DNA from: a virus
Taxonomy: Duplodnaviria; Caudoviricetes
DNA length: 64,000 bases
Direction: 5' to 3' (one strand)
Virus record (IMG/VR): IMGVR_UViG_3300014204_000128
Span: 32,001 to 96,000 of that record
The notes under the pieces are model-generated. The model was not told where the DNA came from and made no database searches. It saw nothing but the letters and a program-made list of their open reading frames with translations. Shown here piece by piece: positions 37,893 through 46,760 of the stretch (position 1 is its first letter; every line of letters starts with the position of its first letter). Position numbers and translations under genes: made by a program.

Positions 37893-40800
37893 TGGGTAGG
37901 ACAGATGAATCCCTAAAGGGGTCAAGAAGCGAAAGAGAAGTACTTTTACAAAGGTTTGAAGGTACGGTCATAGAATCAATACTGGTACACAACAGGTCAG
38001 ACAAAGCAACTGACTTAACTGTTGAAAGAAGGTACGATAATGTTAAGGAAACAAGGGAAGCATTCCTAGATGAATATATAAGTAAGTCGGGGGACTTGGA
38101 GAACATAGCTGACATGGATGAGTTTAAGCAGCAGTTCAGGTCAGGCTTCGAAGGTTCTCGGGGTGCTGGGAAGACACTCTCTCGGTTCTCTCAGAACATT
38201 TGCAGGAACGTGATACAGTTCTACACGGAAGAAGGTGATACTATAGTCGACCCGTTCGCTGGTCATAATTGTTTAACACAAGAAGCTCCAGTAATATCTA
38301 AAAGAGGGGTTATTCCAATAGAGGATATTGTAGTTGGTGACTTTGTATTAACACACAAGAATAGATTCAGAGAAGTTATAGGTACACAGAAAAACTATGG
38401 TGGTGATGGTGGTAAACAATTCACAATAGCAGGCAATATGGTTTTGCCAATAACTGACAACCATCCTATGTGGGTATATCAAACAGAACTGTGTCCTTAC
38501 TATAGAAATGATAAAACACTAGTTTCTGGTAAACGTTGCTTAAAAGAATGTTCTATAAGTAAGAATAAAGAAAATCTTGTACGTATTAAAAAAGGTGACG
38601 TTAATTATAGGGGAGGGGATAGACGTACTAGTATGTGTACTAAACCATTTGAAAATTACAAGGCTGACTTTAAGTATGCAAAAGACGTAAAAGTAGGTTC
38701 ATACATTGGTTTTCCTATAGACTCTGATATTATAGACACTGAATTTATACTCATTTCTGATAAAACATGGATAGGTAGCAATACTAAAATACAGGGGGAC
38801 TATATTGTTACTACAAAAAAAGTAAATAATAAAATACTCATAAATGAAGAATTTATGAGATTAGTTGGTTACTTTATAGCAGAAGGAACTGCACTAGGAT
38901 CTTTGACGTTTTCTTTTCATAAAAAAGAAGTCGAGTATAGGAAAGACGTTATGTATTTACTTGACAAATGTCTAGGTATGGACAGTAGCGAAGAAATAAA
39001 TGATGAAACAAACACAGGTTATGTTATTTCTGAGAACTCTGAAGCAATCACACGATTTTTTAGAGAAACATTCGGTACACATTCATACAGTAAAAAGTTA
39101 CCGGAATTTTTAATGAAGTTGCCAAAAGAAAAACAAAAGGAATTCATACTCGGTTACTTTAGAGGTGATGGGCATTTTAATACAGAAACATCCCAAAGGG
39201 TAGCTGTTACGACATCACAGACGTTAGCACTTCAATTAAAAATACTGTTACTTAGATTAGACTTGATACCTAACACAAGAAAGGTGCCTTTTGAAAAACA
39301 AAATAGTTACAAAATTAATGATAAGTGGGGAATACAATCAAAACATGATGCATACTATGTATACGTGTCAGGATCTGATATAAATGTTATAGATAAGATA
39401 CTTGGTAATAAACACGATGTTATTTATAAAAATAAATTTAATACTTTCGTAAAAGACGGGTACGCTTGGTATAAGGTTCTAAAGATTAAAGACCATGATC
39501 TATCACAGAAATACGTATATAATATCGAAGTAGATGAAGATAATTCATATACATTGATGCAGGGTTGTGTACATAATAGTAGAATGGAAGCAACGTATAG
39601 GACGAACCGCAATTACTATGGGCAGGACTTATGCCACGAGTTCATGGAAGACAATAGGAAGGTACGTGATATGCTATTGGCTCAAAACAGTGGTAAACTA
39701 TTCATGAAGCCAAAAACAACAGTGATAGATTTATCTGAAGGGGACAGTCGGAAATTGCCTTGGGACGATAACTTCGGTGATTTCACGGTCACAAGCCCAC
39801 CGTATTGGTGTCTAGTACCTGAAACTCATATATTAACAAAAAGAGGTACTATTGAAATACAAGATTTAAAAGAAGGGGACTTTGTTTACACACATAATGG
39901 GAGGTGGAGAAAAGTAAAGGGTGTTTCATTTAGAGAAATAGACGATACAATCACACGTATAAAGGTAAAGAATAACAGTACTCCACTAAATTTAACAGAT
40001 AATCATAAGTTACTTGCATTAAAAACAAGTGTTTGTGCATACTTTAAAAAAGACAGTGTGTGTAGACCAAATTGTGGATATCTAAATAATGGAAACTGGG
40101 AAAAGCATAAATGTACAAAAAGTTGTGAAAACTATACACCAACGTTTACTCTGCCTACAGAACTAACACGTCAACATTATGTTGCTGCTCCTATAGACAG
40201 AACTGTGAATAAATCTGAAAACATAATACTCAGAAAAACAGTAGCAAAAAATAAGTATGATTTTACTCTTAAAAATGATATACCAGTAACTAAGGAACTA
40301 GCAAGGTTCATAGGTTATTATATAGCAGAAGGGTCAAGTGTAGAAGGTGGTGTAGATTTGTGTTTTAATAAAAACGAAGTAGAGTACATTGAAGACGTTA
40401 AAAATCTATTTGAAACATTGTTTGGGATAAGTCATGTATACTATCATGAGCAAGTAAATGCTGCACATGTTGGGGTGTACTGCACTCCACTACAAGAGTG
40501 GTTAAATGTAAATTGTGGAGAAGGTTCTCTAAATAAAAAAGTGCCAGACTTTTTATTACATGAAGAATTAGAAATTCAAAAAGAATTAATGCTTGGGCTT
40601 TACAGTGGTGACGGGTGTGACTATTCTGAAGGGTATAATTACTCAACAGTTTCTAAGACACTGAAAGAACAAATAAAATTCATTCTATTAAGGTTTAATA
40701 TATCTCCAACAATGGGTCACCAAAAAGGTGGTTACAGGAATATACTGGGAAGAGTATGTTACACTAATACATCTTATAGTTTGAACGTAATAGATAAAAA

Positions 40801-41368
40801 TGGAATATGCCTGCTTGACAATGTACTTGGAAGAAAACATCGTAAAGCAAATATAGGGACTAATTGTTATTCACAGTCCTTTATAGTCAATGACTACGTG
40901 TATTACAGAGTTTCTAAAGTAAGTAAGATACATTATAAGGGTAAAGTTTATAATTGTGAAGTAGAAGAAGACAATAGTTATACTACAGACGTTTGCACAG
41001 TCCATAATTGTTTAGAAGACTATGGTCCAGAAAAGGAACAACTGGGTTACGGGATGAACCAGACATACGAGGAGTTCCTAGATGGGATGCAACTAGTGTG
41101 TAATGAAAACTACAGGGTATTAAAACCAGGAGCTTTCTGTATTTACTTTATCAATGACTTTCGTAAGGATGGGAAGTTCTACGATTTCCACGGTGACATG
41201 AAGAATCTATTGGTGAACTCTGGGTTCGTGTATCATGATTTAATAATAGCAGATTTGGGGCCAAGTCTCAGGTCTGTATTTTTAGCAGCTGCTTTCAAAA
41301 GTAAGGTATTGCCAAAGAGACATGAATTTGGGGTGGTGATGAGAAAACCATTATTGAAAGGGAAATAG
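37892..41368 (+). CDS. Amino-type DNA methyltransferase-fold protein (MTase 2) with two inteins; spliced product 322 aa
   Basis: Exteins reconstitute LSRFS, VDPFAGHN|SR, GDSR, TSPPYW|CLEDY, RVLKPG, KRHE. Confidence 0.88.
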   Translation: MGRTDESLKGSRSEREVLLQRFEGTVIESILVHNRSDKATDLTVERRYDNVKETREAFLDEYISKSGDLENIADMDEFKQQFRSGFEGSRGAGKTLSRFSQNICRNVIQFYTEEGDTIVDPFAGHNCLTQEAPVISKRGVIPIEDIVVGDFVLTHKNRFREVIGTQKNYGGDGGKQFTIAGNMVLPITDNHPMWVYQTELCPYYRNDKTLVSGKRCLKECSISKNKENLVRIKKGDVNYRGGDRRTSMCTKPFENYKADFKYAKDVKVGSYIGFPIDSDIIDTEFILISDKTWIGSNTKIQGDYIVTTKKVNNKILINEEFMRLVGYFIAEGTALGSLTFSFHKKEVEYRKDVMYLLDKCLGMDSSEEINDETNTGYVISENSEAITRFFRETFGTHSYSKKLPEFLMKLPKEKQKEFILGYFRGDGHFNTETSQRVAVTTSQTLALQLKILLLRLDLIPNTRKVPFEKQNSYKINDKWGIQSKHDAYYVYVSGSDINVIDKILGNKHDVIYKNKFNTFVKDGYAWYKVLKIKDHDLSQKYVYNIEVDEDNSYTLMQGCVHNSRMEATYRTNRNYYGQDLCHEFMEDNRKVRDMLLAQNSGKLFMKPKTTVIDLSEGDSRKLPWDDNFGDFTVTSPPYWCLVPETHILTKRGTIEIQDLKEGDFVYTHNGRWRKVKGVSFREIDDTITRIKVKNNSTPLNLTDNHKLLALKTSVCAYFKKDSVCRPNCGYLNNGNWEKHKCTKSCENYTPTFTLPTELTRQHYVAAPIDRTVNKSENIILRKTVAKNKYDFTLKNDIPVTKELARFIGYYIAEGSSVEGGVDLCFNKNEVEYIEDVKNLFETLFGISHVYYHEQVNAAHVGVYCTPLQEWLNVNCGEGSLNKKVPDFLLHEELEIQKELMLGLYSGDGCDYSEGYNYSTVSKTLKEQIKFILLRFNISPTMGHQKGGYRNILGRVCYTNTSYSLNVIDKNGICLLDNVLGRKHRKANIGTNCYSQSFIVNDYVYYRVSKVSKIHYKGKVYNCEVEEDNSYTTDVCTVHNCLEDYGPEKEQLGYGMNQTYEEFLDGMQLVCNENYRVLKPGAFCIYFINDFRKDGKFYDFHGDMKNLLVNSGFVYHDLIIADLGPSLRSVFLAAAFKSKVLPKRHEFGVVMRKPLLKGK
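38270..39577 (+). mobile_element. Intein 1 (436 aa) with LAGLIDADG homing endonuclease
   Basis: Starts CLTQ; block B ITDNHP; LVGYFIAEG and ILGYFRGDG; ends VYNIEV...CVHN followed by Ser. Confidence 0.92.
39809..41008 (+). mobile_element. Intein 2 (400 aa) with LAGLIDADG homing endonuclease
   Basis: Starts CLVP; LTDNHK; FIGYYIAEG and MLGLYSGDG; ends VYNCEV...TVHN followed by Cys. Confidence 0.92.
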
Positions 41369-41369
41369 T

Positions 41370-41918
41370 ATGGACAACATATTCGGTAATCCAGAAAAGA
41401 ATAAGGTCGCATGGAAAATCTCGGGGCCTTGGGCACGTAAGAAGATAAACTGTGTAGCTTCTGCTATAGTTAACGGATGTGGTGGCTGCTGCTGCTCACG
41501 AAAGGGGTGGGACACAAGAAACAAGTGGCCAATAATGTCATTCGGTGACGGGACTACATGTGATCACTTCGTTGCTGGTAGTGGGTGCAGGTTATCCCTG
41601 GAAGAAAGACCCATAAAGTGTATACTGTACCCGTTCATACTTAACGAACAGAAGACATTGGTTCTGTACGGTCGGGCTTTGCTATGCTGCAAAGCAAACT
41701 ATAACACGCAGGATAAATCAGTATTCGAAATATTTGAAAGTTCATTCACCAGGTTATTTGGGAAAGAACAATATGACAGGGTATACAAAGACATTATAAC
41801 AGATGAAAAAGACTCTAGTATATTCTACCCATCTGAAAAACTGGTACGGGTAGAGGCAGATGAAACAGTTAGGGAAAAGAATAATGATAAACCAAAAACA
41901 TGGTCAGAATATGAATAG
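41370..41918 (+). CDS. YkgJ-like cysteine-cluster (Zn/Fe-S) protein
   Basis: C..GCGGCCC, CDHF..GCRL..RPIKCILYPF. Confidence 0.7.
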   Translation: MDNIFGNPEKNKVAWKISGPWARKKINCVASAIVNGCGGCCCSRKGWDTRNKWPIMSFGDGTTCDHFVAGSGCRLSLEERPIKCILYPFILNEQKTLVLYGRALLCCKANYNTQDKSVFEIFESSFTRLFGKEQYDRVYKDIITDEKDSSIFYPSEKLVRVEADETVREKNNDKPKTWSEYE

Positions 41919-42090
41919 TAAGACACTATTTCTTTTTTATACAGTATTGATTATATTCATGGTAACATCTGAATTTACACTAACAGTGTTTCCATTCGGA
42001 ATAGTAATTGAAAACGGATATATGGGAGCAACTGGTTCTATACTTTTTATTCAGTTGTGTGACTTAACAGGTATAACAAATAGACATTGA
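41860..42090 (+). CDS. Small membrane protein
   Basis: Hydrophobic ORF; likely start 41911. Confidence 0.45.
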   Translation: MKQLGKRIMINQKHGQNMNSKTLFLFYTVLIIFMVTSEFTLTVFPFGIVIENGYMGATGSILFIQLCDLTGITNRH

Positions 42091-42091
42091 T

Positions 42092-42598
42092 ATGAGAGAC
42101 GTTTATATCGGGTTCGACAACGGTGCTACTGGTTCTATAGGTATAATCAACACGAAAACAAATCTCGTTTCATTCCAAGGTGTTCCTGTGGTTACAGCAC
42201 AGGACTATACACAGGTTAAGAAGAACATAACAAGAATAGACAGGAAAGAGGTTCTATCAGTTTTAAAGAAAGCAATACCAAAGGGTTCATCTACTTTCTG
42301 TATATTAGAAAGACCAATGATCAATCCATCACGCTTTAATGCATCTATAATAGCAGCACGGGCATTCGAGTCAGTCCTAACTGTTTTGGAAGAACTGGAA
42401 ATACCTTACGAGGTAAAGGATTCTAGGAATTGGCAGAAAGAATTGTTGCCAGTTGGTACCAAGGGAGAGGCTGATTTGAAACAGGCAAGTTTCGATGTAG
42501 GTCTCAGGTTATTTCCATCATTACGAGGTCACATCATTAAACAGAATGAAGCAGATGGAATATTGATAGCTGAGTGGGCTAGGAGAAAAAACTACTAA
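42092..42598 (+). CDS. RuvC-like Holliday junction resolvase
   Basis: YIGFDNGATGS, ILERP, NWQK, EADGILIA. Confidence 0.8.
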   Translation: MRDVYIGFDNGATGSIGIINTKTNLVSFQGVPVVTAQDYTQVKKNITRIDRKEVLSVLKKAIPKGSSTFCILERPMINPSRFNASIIAARAFESVLTVLEELEIPYEVKDSRNWQKELLPVGTKGEADLKQASFDVGLRLFPSLRGHIIKQNEADGILIAEWARRKNY

Positions 42599-42623
42599 GA
42601 TGAATCATACTTAAAAAGCAGCG

Positions 42624-42821
42624 GTGCTTTGCCAAATGAATGACATTGAAATATGCATTCACAGGGTAAATAATGCTATAAGTCAGTACAAGAAATACAT
42701 GCTAGTATGTTTTCTTTTAGTTATAGCGATTGCTTTTTACATGGCATACACACGTAAACTTCACTGTAACCATCATTTCGAAGAAAATGATTGCACGGGC
42801 TTTCATTGTAATACTTTATAA
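42624..42821 (+). CDS. Small membrane protein
   Basis: One transmembrane-like segment. Confidence 0.4.
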   Translation: MLCQMNDIEICIHRVNNAISQYKKYMLVCFLLVIAIAFYMAYTRKLHCNHHFEENDCTGFHCNTL

Positions 42822-42829
42822 TAGAATAT

Positions 42830-43243
42830 ATGGAAATAAATTCAGGTAACTACGTTGAGAACGTAAGGAGAACAGAACCTAGGGATTATACTCAGGTAAA
42901 GGAAAGACTACAAGATGAGGACACTATAAAGTTACTGCATGCTGCTCTAGGTCTGGTAACAGAGGCAGCAGAGGTTGCTGACGTCCTAAAGAAGCACATC
43001 TTCTATGGTAAACCGATAGACAGCGTAAATCTTAAAGAGGAAGTAGGTGATGGTATGTGGTACGCAGGGATAGCTATAGATGTACTCAGGACAACTATGG
43101 ATGATGTTCTATCATGTAACATTGAGAAACTACGTAAAAGATACCCTGATAAGTTCAATGTTCATGATGCACTGCACAGGGATAAAGAAAATGAAATGTC
43201 TCACTTTAAAACAGGAACAAATGAAGAAAAAATTAATGACTAA
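42830..43243 (+). CDS. MazG-like NTP pyrophosphohydrolase
   Basis: ALGLVTEAAEVADVLKK, EEVGDGMWY, NIEKLRKRYP. Confidence 0.85.
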   Translation: MEINSGNYVENVRRTEPRDYTQVKERLQDEDTIKLLHAALGLVTEAAEVADVLKKHIFYGKPIDSVNLKEEVGDGMWYAGIAIDVLRTTMDDVLSCNIEKLRKRYPDKFNVHDALHRDKENEMSHFKTGTNEEKIND

Positions 43244-43754
43244 AAGTTGCGCTCGGGATATAGCAAGGGCAATGGTTAAGGCAACAGTTAAGGAAAAGAT
43301 AAAAGAGAAGAGACAGGAACTAGATAACTTCGTTAAAGAAGTCATGGAAAGGCATTTCCCTGAAGGAACATACAAATCTATTTGCTCTATAGATCAAGCA
43401 TGGTTATTCACTAGGGGTAATTTTTATTTTAAATATGGTTCTCTAGCTCTGGTAAGTATCTACTTGTTAAAAAACATACCATTCAAGTCTGGTAAAGATT
43501 CTGTTATCGTTGTGAGTAAGGAAGACTACGATAAACTATATGATATGAACAAAGTCATACAGAACATGGACAACGAGGATGAGCTCATGTTCAAAATGGT
43601 AGTAGAAACTTTGTGCAGGTTGAAGACAGAAAAGAAGATAAAAGAGCAGTTACCAGAGTGTATGCCATATATTCCAACTGACTTCTTTAAAGTGTCAGAA
43701 TTGCCAGCAGTACAGACTACTGAATTAACCAAATTACTCACTAAATACAAGTAA
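43221..43754 (+). CDS. Nmad5-like (nucleotide-modification-associated) protein
   Basis: Likely start 43221; C-terminal LKTEKKIKEQLPE..YIP...LPAV pattern. Confidence 0.5.
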   Translation: MKKKLMTKSCARDIARAMVKATVKEKIKEKRQELDNFVKEVMERHFPEGTYKSICSIDQAWLFTRGNFYFKYGSLALVSIYLLKNIPFKSGKDSVIVVSKEDYDKLYDMNKVIQNMDNEDELMFKMVVETLCRLKTEKKIKEQLPECMPYIPTDFFKVSELPAVQTTELTKLLTKYK

Positions 43755-43756
43755 GA

Positions 43757-44887
43757 ATGATACAATATCTAGAAATTCTATCAGAAGTCCTGCAAGAAGG
43801 AACTGAAAAAAGTCCAGCACGCTCTGGTATGCCAAAGACTATCTCAAGGTTCGGTATAACTAAGAGATTTGACTTATCAAAAGGTTTTCCACTAGTCACT
43901 ACAAAACAGGTCAGCTTTAAGAATATAGCACACGAACTAATACTGTTTCTAAAAGGAGACTGCAATATAAAGTACCTTGTTGACAATAATGTCAACATAT
44001 GGAATGAGGACGCATACAAGTGGTACGTTAATTTTGCTAAAGATAACGGGGGTGAGGAGCAGAACTGTATAATGCATGACAATGGTGATGGTACTGTTAG
44101 AATGCTATTACTAGATGAATTCATCCAAAGAATAAAAGAAGTAAAGTCAAAAATTAACTTGCCAATATACTGGTTATCTGATAGAATGCAGGAAGAGCAC
44201 GGGTGTATTTGTTATACATTAGGAAGTATAGGTAAGTCATACCCAAAACAATGGAGGAATTATACAGGGGTAGTCGAGCATATGGAACAAGTATATGATG
44301 TAGACCAGATAGCTGAAGTTATCAGAAGACTAAAGGAATCACCTGAAGACAGATACAAGGTGGTCTGTGCGTGGAATCCTTCAGAATTCAAGGACACGGC
44401 ACTGCCTCCCTGTCATATTCTATTCCAGTTAAACTGTAGGCCACTAAGTGATGATGAAAGAGCAGAATTACTAGAAAACAAACTAGGTAGGCCAGTAATG
44501 GAATACGACAATGTTGAACAGGTTCATAAGTGGTACACAGAAATTCCTTTGTATAAGTTGGATTTAGCAATAACTCAAAGATCTTGTGACTCTGTACTTG
44601 GTGTTCCATACAATATCGCATCATACGCATTACTCACCCATATATTCGCTCACTTAGCAAACATGGTTCCAGGAGATTTAATATGGACGGGTAATGATGT
44701 TCATATATATGAGAATCATATCACACAGGTATCCGAACAACTCTCAAGAAAACCTTTTAATTTGCCAACGTTATTGATAGATAAAGAACTAACATCTATA
44801 GACGATGTCAAATTAGAACACTTTAGAATAGTAGGGTATCAACATCATGAAAAGATAGAAGCAAAACTATCAACAGGTCTAAGATAA
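43757..44887 (+). CDS. thyA: Thymidylate synthase
   Basis: FPLVTTK, AWNP, LPPCH, QRSCD, GVPYNIASY, DVHIYENH. Confidence 0.95.
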   Translation: MIQYLEILSEVLQEGTEKSPARSGMPKTISRFGITKRFDLSKGFPLVTTKQVSFKNIAHELILFLKGDCNIKYLVDNNVNIWNEDAYKWYVNFAKDNGGEEQNCIMHDNGDGTVRMLLLDEFIQRIKEVKSKINLPIYWLSDRMQEEHGCICYTLGSIGKSYPKQWRNYTGVVEHMEQVYDVDQIAEVIRRLKESPEDRYKVVCAWNPSEFKDTALPPCHILFQLNCRPLSDDERAELLENKLGRPVMEYDNVEQVHKWYTEIPLYKLDLAITQRSCDSVLGVPYNIASYALLTHIFAHLANMVPGDLIWTGNDVHIYENHITQVSEQLSRKPFNLPTLLIDKELTSIDDVKLEHFRIVGYQHHEKIEAKLSTGLR

Positions 44888-44911
44888 AAAGTTAAAAGCT
44901 TTTTATATATT
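44886..44911 (+). promoter_or_regulatory. 26-bp phage promoter motif
   Basis: AAAAAGTTAAAAGCTTTTTATATATT. Confidence 0.65.
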
Positions 44912-44948
44912 ATTAATCAATAGTATTATAAATTTTATAAAAATAACT

Positions 44949-45488
44949 ATGAGTAGAAGAATGGATATGTTCGACAAATTTGTCGAAGGACAGTACAAAG
45001 ACAAGACGTTACAGGAAGTGATGGGTCAAGATTTCGCTTACGTACAGGTAAAAGTACGAACAAGAGAACTCGTGCTATCTCAAACAGCACAAAGAACATT
45101 TGATGGTCTAACTAAAAGTCCAAAAGTGCAACAGAAACATATTGTTGTTGAACATGAAATACCTGGGGGTACTGAAGTACCAAATGGTGCTGAAAACGAA
45201 TTAAAAGAAATAAGCACAGAAGGTACTAAATTAACAGGAGGTACAGTAGAAGTCATAGGTGCTGAAGATACTGTAACTGAAAACTCTCAGGTAACAAGTG
45301 TTGAAGATATTAACATTACTGCTGAAGAAACTGAAAGCAATGACACAACTTCTGAAACTACATCTAAAAATAGTGAATTAGAAAGTTTTGAAGAAGTAGT
45401 TGGTCAAGAAGAGGACGATATTGTAACTGATGCAGGTAAAAGCAATGTAACTAATACAAAAAAGAAAGAGGCTAAACATAAAAACTAA
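44949..45488 (+). CDS. Hypothetical protein with an acidic disordered tail
   Basis: GQYKDKTLQEV N-terminal domain; E/T-rich tail. Confidence 0.6.
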   Translation: MSRRMDMFDKFVEGQYKDKTLQEVMGQDFAYVQVKVRTRELVLSQTAQRTFDGLTKSPKVQQKHIVVEHEIPGGTEVPNGAENELKEISTEGTKLTGGTVEVIGAEDTVTENSQVTSVEDINITAEETESNDTTSETTSKNSELESFEEVVGQEEDDIVTDAGKSNVTNTKKKEAKHKN

Positions 45489-45499
45489 AAAGTACTGCT

Positions 45500-45679
45500 A
45501 TGGCAAAACTAACTTACAAAGAATTCTTAGATAAAAAAGGATTAAATGACGATACCGATGTTACACGGGACATGTATAATGTCTATGTAAAAGAGTACGA
45601 AAGTAATCACAGGAAAGAAGAACCAAATTTACACGATCTTCATAAGTCAGGTAAAATGCCAGGACAGTTATTCGGTTAA
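45500..45679 (+). CDS. Small hypothetical protein (59 aa, not in ORF track)
   Basis: MAKLTYKEFL...PGQLFG. Confidence 0.55.
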   Translation: MAKLTYKEFLDKKGLNDDTDVTRDMYNVYVKEYESNHRKEEPNLHDLHKSGKMPGQLFG

Positions 45680-45687
45680 AAATAAAT

Positions 45688-45714
45688 AAAGGGAGTTCAA
45701 AAGACTCCCTTTTT
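45688..45714 (+). terminator. Intrinsic terminator
   Basis: AAAGGGAGT/ACTCCCTTT plus T's, immediately followed by CGTATAAT. Confidence 0.8.
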
Positions 45715-45734
45715 CGTATAATAAAACAAAACAT

Positions 45735-46760
45735 ATGGCAGTACTAACTATAGAACACAGACCAAAAACATTCGAAGATGTCATGGGTCAGGACACAGGT
45801 GTTAAGATATTGAAGGCAATCGTATCAAAACCAGAAGAAGCATCTAGAAGTATAGTGATAACAGGTCCATGGGGGGTTGGAAAAACCACTTTGGCAAGAA
45901 TATTTGGACGTGCCCTGTCATGTGAGTCATACAAGAAAACAGGGGTTATATGCATGAAATGTCAGGGGTGTAGAAACTTCGATAGCGGTATATCTAACAG
46001 GTATATAGAATATGATGCATCTATGGTCGGACAGGTTAGTCAAATACGAGAATTACGTCCAGTTTTCGAATTATCAACAGAGTTCTACAGAACACTCGTG
46101 ATAGACGAGGCTCATTTAATAACAAGACAGGGACAGTCTAGCTTGTTGAAAGTTATAGAAGAGGGGCCAAAAAATACATTCTTTATATTGTGTTCAACGG
46201 ATCCAGACATGATTTTGAAAACTATACATAGCAGGTCAACACCAGTAGACTTGCAGAAAATAGATATAGTGAACATGAAGGGTCTACTCTCAGGTATTTA
46301 TAAAAAGGAAACAAACGGGGGTACACTAGATGATGAGATAATGGATAAGATCGTGTTTAAAAGTGACGGGCACGCAAGAGATGCCTTGATGACATTACAG
46401 GGGTTCATGCTATGTAACGATACAACATTGCTTGATACACCTATAGATCCTTTGTACATGTACTTTTCATACGCTGTAAGTGGTGATATAATAAATGCTA
46501 GAAATGTAGTAACTAGAGACATACTCAGGTATCATTTACACGAAGTAAACAGGGCATTGTACTATACTATTATGCAATTAGTAGTTGCTTATACTTGTAA
46601 CATGAAGGAGAACAGGTATTATAACATAGCTAAAGCAATGGGTAACGGTACTATGAGTTTGATGAAAGAAGTCTCTGATAACTATGTCCAGGGTGTCTTC
46701 AAGGATAAATACTTAGCAATAGCATTCTTTATGTCTCTGGCAAATGCATATAAAAAATAA
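45735..46760 (+). CDS. dnaX: Clamp-loader subunit, DNA Pol III gamma/tau-like
   Basis: HRPKTFEDVMGQ, GPWGVGKTTLARI, CMKCQGC, IDEAH, LLKVIEE, GHARDAL. Confidence 0.85.
   Translation: MAVLTIEHRPKTFEDVMGQDTGVKILKAIVSKPEEASRSIVITGPWGVGKTTLARIFGRALSCESYKKTGVICMKCQGCRNFDSGISNRYIEYDASMVGQVSQIRELRPVFELSTEFYRTLVIDEAHLITRQGQSSLLKVIEEGPKNTFFILCSTDPDMILKTIHSRSTPVDLQKIDIVNMKGLLSGIYKKETNGGTLDDEIMDKIVFKSDGHARDALMTLQGFMLCNDTTLLDTPIDPLYMYFSYAVSGDIINARNVVTRDILRYHLHEVNRALYYTIMQLVVAYTCNMKENRYYNIAKAMGNGTMSLMKEVSDNYVQGVFKDKYLAIAFFMSLANAYKK

Noticed and set aside
43757-44887. Thymidylate synthase as a dCMP/dUMP hydroxymethylase
   Set aside because: All ThyA motifs are canonical, including the dUMP-specifying Asn.
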